From the NCBI GenBank assembly GCA_017522125.1, contig JAFXAC010000053.1, positions 1 to 58,794 on the forward strand: 58,794 bases of DNA, in the 5' to 3' direction. Under the pieces are notes generated by a model, which saw only the letters and a program-made list of their open reading frames with translations, had not been told where the DNA came from and did not search any database. Source of the stretch: Clostridia bacterium. Its GTDB lineage: Bacteria; Bacillota; Clostridia; Oscillospirales; CAG-272. This document shows positions 54,327 through 58,794 of this stretch, piece after piece. The first letter of the stretch is position 1. Each line of letters opens with the position of its first letter. The translations under genes were made by a program, and so were the position numbers.

Positions 54327-55436
54327 TTGATAGTTGCACTTGAAGAAGCAAAATATAAATTAACGAATATGCGCCCCGTGCTGAAGGAGCTTGGCGACGC
54401 ACTGCGCGTAAGCGAGCTTTCTGCGACCGCCGAGGAGCTTGAAAAGCAGACGCTTGAGCCTGATTTCTGGTCCGATCAGGAAAATTCCACGAAGGTGCTT
54501 CAGACCATAAAGCAAGCCAAGGACACCGTAGCGGACTACAACGCGCTCGTTGAGCGTCTTGAGGACGCTATCGCGCTTGCCGAGCTTGCCATCGAGGAAA
54601 ACGACGAAAGCTGTGTTCCCGAGGTCGAGGCAGAGCTTGAGGAAATAATAGCCGCCGAGGAGAAAAAGAGGATCTCCATTCTCCTGTCGGGCGAGTACGA
54701 CCGCAACAACGCGATCATCTCCTTCCACCCGGGTGCGGGCGGCACGGAGGCACAGGACTGGGCGCTTATGCTCTACCGTATGATCACCCGTTGGGCGGAA
54801 AAGAACGGCTTCAAGGTAAAGCTGACCGATTGGCTTGACGGCGAGGAAGCGGGCATCAAGAGCGCGACCATTATGGTCGAGGGCACGAACGCATACGGTT
54901 ACCTCAAGAGCGAGAACGGCGTTCACCGCCTTGTCCGCGTTTCCCCCTACGATTCCGCAGGACGCCGCCATACGTCCTTTGCCTCTATCGAGGTAATGCC
55001 CGAGTTTGACAAGCTTGACGAGATAGTTATCCGCGACGAGGATTACGATTTTATCGCATTCCACTCCAGCGGCGCGGGCGGTCAGAACGTTAACAAGGTA
55101 TCCTCAGCCGTTCGCCTTATCCACAAGGCAACGGGAATAGTAGTAACCTGCCAGACCGAGCGCTCACAGCTCCAAAACAAGGAAACCGCGATGAAGATGC
55201 TCAAATCCAAGCTCATGGAGATAAAGATACGCGAGCGTCTTGACACTATCGAGGAAATTCAGGGTAACAAAACTAATATCGAGTGGGGCTCGCAGATACG
55301 CTCGTACGTATTTATGCCCTACACTCTCGTAAAGGACAACAGAACGTCCTTTGAAACAGGTAATATAGCGGCTGTTATGAACGGCGAGATCGACGGCTTT
55401 ATCAACGCGTATCTGAAGCATATTTCAAAGCAGTAA
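54327..55436 (+). CDS. prfB: Peptide chain release factor 2, encoded without the programmed +1 frameshift
   Basis: GGQ motif (SGAGGQNVNKV) and RF2-type loop RVSPYDSAGRRHTSF. Continuous ORF. TTG 54327 lies 5 nt after GGGAGG. Confidence 0.85.
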   Translation: MIVALEEAKYKLTNMRPVLKELGDALRVSELSATAEELEKQTLEPDFWSDQENSTKVLQTIKQAKDTVADYNALVERLEDAIALAELAIEENDESCVPEVEAELEEIIAAEEKKRISILLSGEYDRNNAIISFHPGAGGTEAQDWALMLYRMITRWAEKNGFKVKLTDWLDGEEAGIKSATIMVEGTNAYGYLKSENGVHRLVRVSPYDSAGRRHTSFASIEVMPEFDKLDEIVIRDEDYDFIAFHSSGAGGQNVNKVSSAVRLIHKATGIVVTCQTERSQLQNKETAMKMLKSKLMEIKIRERLDTIEEIQGNKTNIEWGSQIRSYVFMPYTLVKDNRTSFETGNIAAVMNGEIDGFINAYLKHISKQ

Positions 55437-55459
55437 GCTACACGGTGAAAGGAAAAAAT

Positions 55460-55885
55460 ATGGAAAACAAGAAAGAAAGCTTTAACAAAATATTTCTTGC
55501 AGTAACCGCTTGCACGGCGTTTATAGGCGCTATAGTTGCCGCAGGCAAGGTTATTTTCGGAAAAGAATCTCACACTGATGACAAGAAAGGCGAGGACAGC
55601 ACGAGCCTTTTGGTAGCCATCTGCGTTCTGCTTGTCGGTGTCGGCACGCTTGTCGGCGGAGTGCTTTTTGCCCTTCGCTCCATTCGCAAGGTCAGGGGAG
55701 GATACATTATCGACCTCTTTGACCGTGATGAGTACGACGTTATCTCTCCCGAGGAGGAGGACAACTTCGAGGTGCTTATCCGCGGCGAGCTTCGCCCGAG
55801 TGGCGACGATGATTGCGCGGCTCCGAAGCTTAGCGACGATATCGTTCCCGTTGACGAGGACACGAACGAGGACAACTACAACTAA
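55460..55885 (+). CDS. Small membrane protein with an acidic C-terminal tail
   Basis: Two hydrophobic helices, then a D/E-rich tail. ATG 55460 preceded by GAAAGGAAAAA. Confidence 0.5.
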   Translation: MENKKESFNKIFLAVTACTAFIGAIVAAGKVIFGKESHTDDKKGEDSTSLLVAICVLLVGVGTLVGGVLFALRSIRKVRGGYIIDLFDRDEYDVISPEEEDNFEVLIRGELRPSGDDDCAAPKLSDDIVPVDEDTNEDNYN

Positions 55886-55896
55886 TATCAAGCATC

Positions 55897-55924
55897 AAAA
55901 GCGGCGGAAATTCCGCCGCTTTTG
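55897..55924 (+). terminator. Intrinsic terminator after 55460..55885
   Basis: AGCGGCGGA-aat-TCCGCCGCT followed by TTT. Confidence 0.75.
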
Positions 55925-55938
55925 CTTAACCTTGTACT

Positions 55939-55965
55939 AAAAAAGCCCGCCCCAAAGGGGCGGGC
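55939..55965 (-). terminator. Intrinsic terminator after the SipW-signal protein gene
   Basis: Minus strand GCCCGCCCC-ttt-GGGGCGGGC followed by T6. Confidence 0.75.
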
Positions 55966-56003
55966 AAGCTTTGTTCGGGTTTAACCGAACTTTGCGCGGC
56001 TAA

Positions 56004-57446
56004 TTATCTGCCGTCAAAATCCTTGAAGGAGTTGGGATTACCGTTGATCTGCCAATCTACGTTGGTCTCGTTGATGGTGTAAGAGTCGTTCTTGTATATC
56101 AAGTGGAACTCTCTTGCAGTAACACCATTAGTATATACAGCATTAACTACGGTATCCTCGAGGTTGATAACAACGTTCTCGGCGGGAGTCTCAACTACGA
56201 TTACAGCAAAGCGGTTTGCATCAACAGGAGCAGACTTATTAATACCGGTGAGGGTACTGTTCTTAACGTTTACAACGGTGCCTTCAGACCAGATATTGAG
56301 TGCGGCATAGCCGGTGATCTCACTATCCTCGATATTGATAACAACTTCCTTGTTATCGCTTGCAACGTTGATTGCATAGTAAGAATTGTTAACGATGGTG
56401 GAGTTCTTGATGGTTACGTCAAGACCGTCGTTACCGAAGAAGGAAATACCTCTGGTATACGTAAGGTTGTTATCAACAACAAGATTGATGTTGTCGATTA
56501 CGAGAAGGGCATCAGTCTGATCCGCAACATTAACTACGCGAGTACCGTTAGCACCGCTGTAGATGGTGGATTCGCCGTCACCGATGATGGTGAGGGTACC
56601 GTTAACCTCGAGCTGCTCGGGAAGCTCGATGTCGTTGTTGATAAGAACGGTGGTAGCGCCGCCCTTAACAGCCTCAACGATCTCTGCGGTATTGGATACT
56701 ACAGGGAACTCTGCGTCTGCATCATACTGATCGTCGAAGTCGTCTTCCTCATAAGTCCACTGAGTAGCTACGAGAGTAAGACCGAACTCGATCTCGGGCT
56801 GATTTGCAAAGGTATCATCCTCGTTAGTGAGGAAGTTTGCGGTGTTGTCTACCCAAGTAGGCATGTGAACAACGATCTCGAAGATCTCCTCATCTTCGCC
56901 TGCATCAGCTCCGTCATTGGGAACGAGAGTATTGATGCCGAAGTTGGGGTTATCAACGGTCATGTCGTTGGTAGCCTCGTTGAGCTTGGTGGTTGCGAAG
57001 GGGATGTACTCGTCACGAGTGGTAGCAGCTCCCTCGGAAACAAGACCGGTGAAAAGGTAGTCGGAGAGCATGAACTCAGATCCGAAAACGTTAATGCCAG
57101 CCTTCTCGGAAAGGATGTTGATACCAAGCTTATACTTGAGTGCGAGAGTTCCTACGTTACGTACGCGGAAAGCTACAACCTCAGTATAGCCGGGCTCGTA
57201 GAGGGCGTCTTCGTTGAAGAGGTTGGTGTCTTCATTAACGGGAATCCACTCTCCAAGCTCGCCGTTTTCGTCGTATACGGCGTAATCGAGTTCAATATCG
57301 AGGTTGCCGGAAACTATTCTGTTCTTGCTGGCAACAACGGTATCGGTGAACCACGCGTAAGTGGTTCCAAGGAGCATCGAGAAGCAGATAATGATTGCCA
57401 TTACGCTTGCAAGAAGAGCTCTCTTAGTGGTCTTGCGATTCGTCAT
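56004..57446 (-). CDS. Secreted protein with a SipW-cognate (TasA/camelysin-type) signal peptide and a beta-helix-like repeat body
   Basis: KRALLASVMAIIICFSMLLGTTYAWFTD N-terminus. Repetitive N/V/T-rich C-terminal half (NNL..., VVN...). ATG 57446 preceded by AAGGAGG. Confidence 0.7.
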   Translation of the reverse strand: MTNRKTTKRALLASVMAIIICFSMLLGTTYAWFTDTVVASKNRIVSGNLDIELDYAVYDENGELGEWIPVNEDTNLFNEDALYEPGYTEVVAFRVRNVGTLALKYKLGINILSEKAGINVFGSEFMLSDYLFTGLVSEGAATTRDEYIPFATTKLNEATNDMTVDNPNFGINTLVPNDGADAGEDEEIFEIVVHMPTWVDNTANFLTNEDDTFANQPEIEFGLTLVATQWTYEEDDFDDQYDADAEFPVVSNTAEIVEAVKGGATTVLINNDIELPEQLEVNGTLTIIGDGESTIYSGANGTRVVNVADQTDALLVIDNINLVVDNNLTYTRGISFFGNDGLDVTIKNSTIVNNSYYAINVASDNKEVVINIEDSEITGYAALNIWSEGTVVNVKNSTLTGINKSAPVDANRFAVIVVETPAENVVINLEDTVVNAVYTNGVTAREFHLIYKNDSYTINETNVDWQINGNPNSFKDFDGR

Positions 57447-57646
57447 TGTTTTTTCCTCCTTAAATTTGTATTTGAGTAAAGACGAATATCTTAGCGCCAT
57501 AGGCGTTGAGATCGTTACTACGGGCGGCGCGCGGAATTTCCCAAGAATACTTTTTAATTCGTCCACTTAAATCATATAAAAAGGAAATGATGAATCGCTC
57601 CGTTGCCGCCCGCCCCTTCACTCGGGCGCCCCCGAACGAAGAAGCA

Positions 57647-57675
57647 AATACAACATAATTAGAGTTATGTTGTAA
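57647..57675. repeat. Left inverted repeat / recombinase core site (10-6-10)
   Basis: TACAACATAA-TTAGAG-TTATGTTGTA at 57649-57674. 28/29 identical to the reverse complement of 57909-57937. Confidence 0.85.
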
Positions 57676-57836
57676 AAAACATTTTAAAAAAACAAAAGAA
57701 CAGACAAAAAATAAAAACCGCATAACGAAAAAACCTTTTCGGAAATACTTTTTTAAAAAAGTTGTCTGAAAAGGTCTTTTGATATGCTTAAATGAAAAAA
57801 TGTAAAAACTTTTTGCTAATTCCTTTAAAAAAAGGG

Positions 57837-57865
57837 TTGACTTTTTATTGTTTGTATGTTATCAT
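57837..57865 (+). promoter_or_regulatory. Near-consensus promoter inside the invertible segment, currently pointing away from 56004..57446
   Basis: TTGACT (57837-57842), 17-nt spacer, TATCAT (57860-57865). Confidence 0.7.
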
Positions 57866-57908
57866 ATGAATGCGTACTGTAGGATTTTATCATCTGGCAG
57901 AGACGCAG

Positions 57909-57937
57909 TTACAACATAACTCTAATTACGTTGTATT
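57909..57937. repeat. Right inverted repeat / recombinase core site (10-6-10, spacer inverted)
   Basis: TACAACATAA-CTCTAA-TTACGTTGTA at 57910-57935. The spacer is the reverse complement of the left-site spacer. Confidence 0.85.
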
Positions 57938-57961
57938 CCCGACGCGGTCGGGCTTTTTTTA
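57938..57961 (+). terminator. Plus-strand-only intrinsic terminator immediately outside the right repeat
   Basis: CCCGAC-gcg-GTCGGG, then C and T7. On the minus strand the hairpin is followed by AATAC, so it is not a terminator for the recombinase gene. Confidence 0.8.
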
Positions 57962-57968
57962 TTGCTTT

Positions 57969-58793
57969 TTATATCAGCAAACGCATATTTTCCATCTTTT
58001 TCCTATGCTCTGCTCCGCTTTCGATTATATAGATACGCGTTGTATCTATGCTGCTGTGGCCGAGAATATCAGACAGCCTTGATATATCCTTATCAATGGA
58101 ATAGAACATTTTTGCAAAAAGGTGGCGAAGGTTGTGGGGGAACACCTTTTCAGCACTCACACGTGCCGCCGCGCAAAGAGAGCGCATCTCGCGCCAAATA
58201 TTGCTCCTGTCGAGTGGCTTGCCGCCGCGGGTAATAAATATAGCCCCTGTTGCGATCCCTCTTTTTTTAGCGTAAGCCGCAAGCCTTTTGCGCAGCTCCT
58301 TGACGATCAGCACCCTTCGCAGCTTTCCCTTGCAATTCACGATCGCCTCACCGCGCGCGAGAGATTCGACCGTGATAAACTCAAGCTCGCTGACTCGTAT
58401 ACCCGTAGCGCAAACGGTTTGAAGCAGGAGCGCCAAGCGTTCGTTTTTCCTTCGCTCCGCCTCTCGCACGAGTCGTAAATATTCCTCGCGGCAAAGCTCC
58501 CTTTCCTCTGAGCAATACACCATTCTTTGCACTCTCAACCGCTTTTGGCAAAGCTCTTCCCTGCCGCAAAATTTAAAAAACGAGTTTAGTGACGCTATTG
58601 TGCAGTTTACGCTTTGCGGCGAATATTTTTTTGTCAGCTCGTCCTTGTAGGCTCTGGCTCGCTCTGCGCTTGCCTCACCGTCCCCGATGAAATCAAGAAA
58701 ACGCCCCACGTCGCTCAGATATTTTCTTACGGTTGCCGCGCTTTTTTCAGTTCTGAATAAATAATCTTTGTATTCTTTTATATTTTTCAGCAT
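57969..58793 (-). CDS. Tyrosine site-specific recombinase (XerC/D-like phage-integrase family)
   Basis: N-terminal SAM-like core-binding domain. Catalytic residues in ATGIRVSEL (Arg), HNLRH, LGHSSIDTTRIY (His..Tyr). The ATG lies 1 nt from the window edge, so the RBS cannot be seen. Confidence 0.8.
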   Translation of the reverse strand: MLKNIKEYKDYLFRTEKSAATVRKYLSDVGRFLDFIGDGEASAERARAYKDELTKKYSPQSVNCTIASLNSFFKFCGREELCQKRLRVQRMVYCSEERELCREEYLRLVREAERRKNERLALLLQTVCATGIRVSELEFITVESLARGEAIVNCKGKLRRVLIVKELRKRLAAYAKKRGIATGAIFITRGGKPLDRSNIWREMRSLCAAARVSAEKVFPHNLRHLFAKMFYSIDKDISRLSDILGHSSIDTTRIYIIESGAEHRKKMENMRLLI

Positions 58794-58794
58794 A

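Noticed and set aside
54302-54343. Programmed +1 frameshift site for prfB (upstream mini-ORF ending ACU UGA one frame off)
   Set aside because: There is no CUU-UGA slippery site and the mini-ORF peptide is not RF2-like. The RF2 N-terminal helix (LEEAKYKLTNMRPVLKELGDAL) is already encoded in the main frame, downstream of a TTG with a strong RBS.
57969-58793. The recombinase as part of an integrated prophage or ICE
   Set aside because: No phage or conjugation genes are visible in the window. The cognate sites are in inverted orientation around a 233-bp promoter segment, which fits an inversion switch better. The sequence beyond 58794 is unseen, so this is not fully excluded.

Overview
About 59 kb of a moderately GC-rich, Gram-positive chromosome. 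It looks Clostridia-like, judging from SipW-type signal peptides, a RicT/PSP1-holB arrangement, Cys-lipobox lipoproteins and GGAGG ribosome-binding sites. This placement is an inference; no database search was run. Most of the window is densely packed housekeeping DNA, largely on the minus strand. It covers central and sugar metabolism (pgi, an IMPDH-family gene, galM-galE with a HexNAc-1-kinase/nucleotidyltransferase pair, asnA), cell wall functions (a dacB-like gene, murD, murI, lgt, an SH3b/C39-like hydrolase), RNA modification and translation (rlmD, trmK, TtcA-like, TrmN6-like, prfB, rnhA), two ABC systems and three tandem M42 peptidases. Three regions are not ordinary. (1) Directly 3' of rlmD (48330-50391) a module is present twice in tandem. 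Each copy holds the last 57 nt of rlmD, an array of convergent TCGATAT/ATATCGA heptamers interleaved with unrelated mini-hairpins, and a four-helix-bundle (23S rRNA IVS/Avd-family) gene. The non-coding array is better conserved between copies than the adjacent coding sequence. (2) Next to it lies an AT-richer island (43161-48329) of same-strand cassettes of unknown function, joined by three families of short repeated junction sequences. (3) At the right end there is a textbook invertible-promoter switch. Two inverted 10-6-10 core sites flank a 233-bp segment carrying a near-consensus promoter, between a tyrosine recombinase gene and a SipW-signal beta-helix surface protein gene. The switch is currently in the OFF orientation. 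A 56-aa 2x[4Fe-4S] ferredoxin missing from the ORF track was also found. All product calls rest on motifs read by eye.
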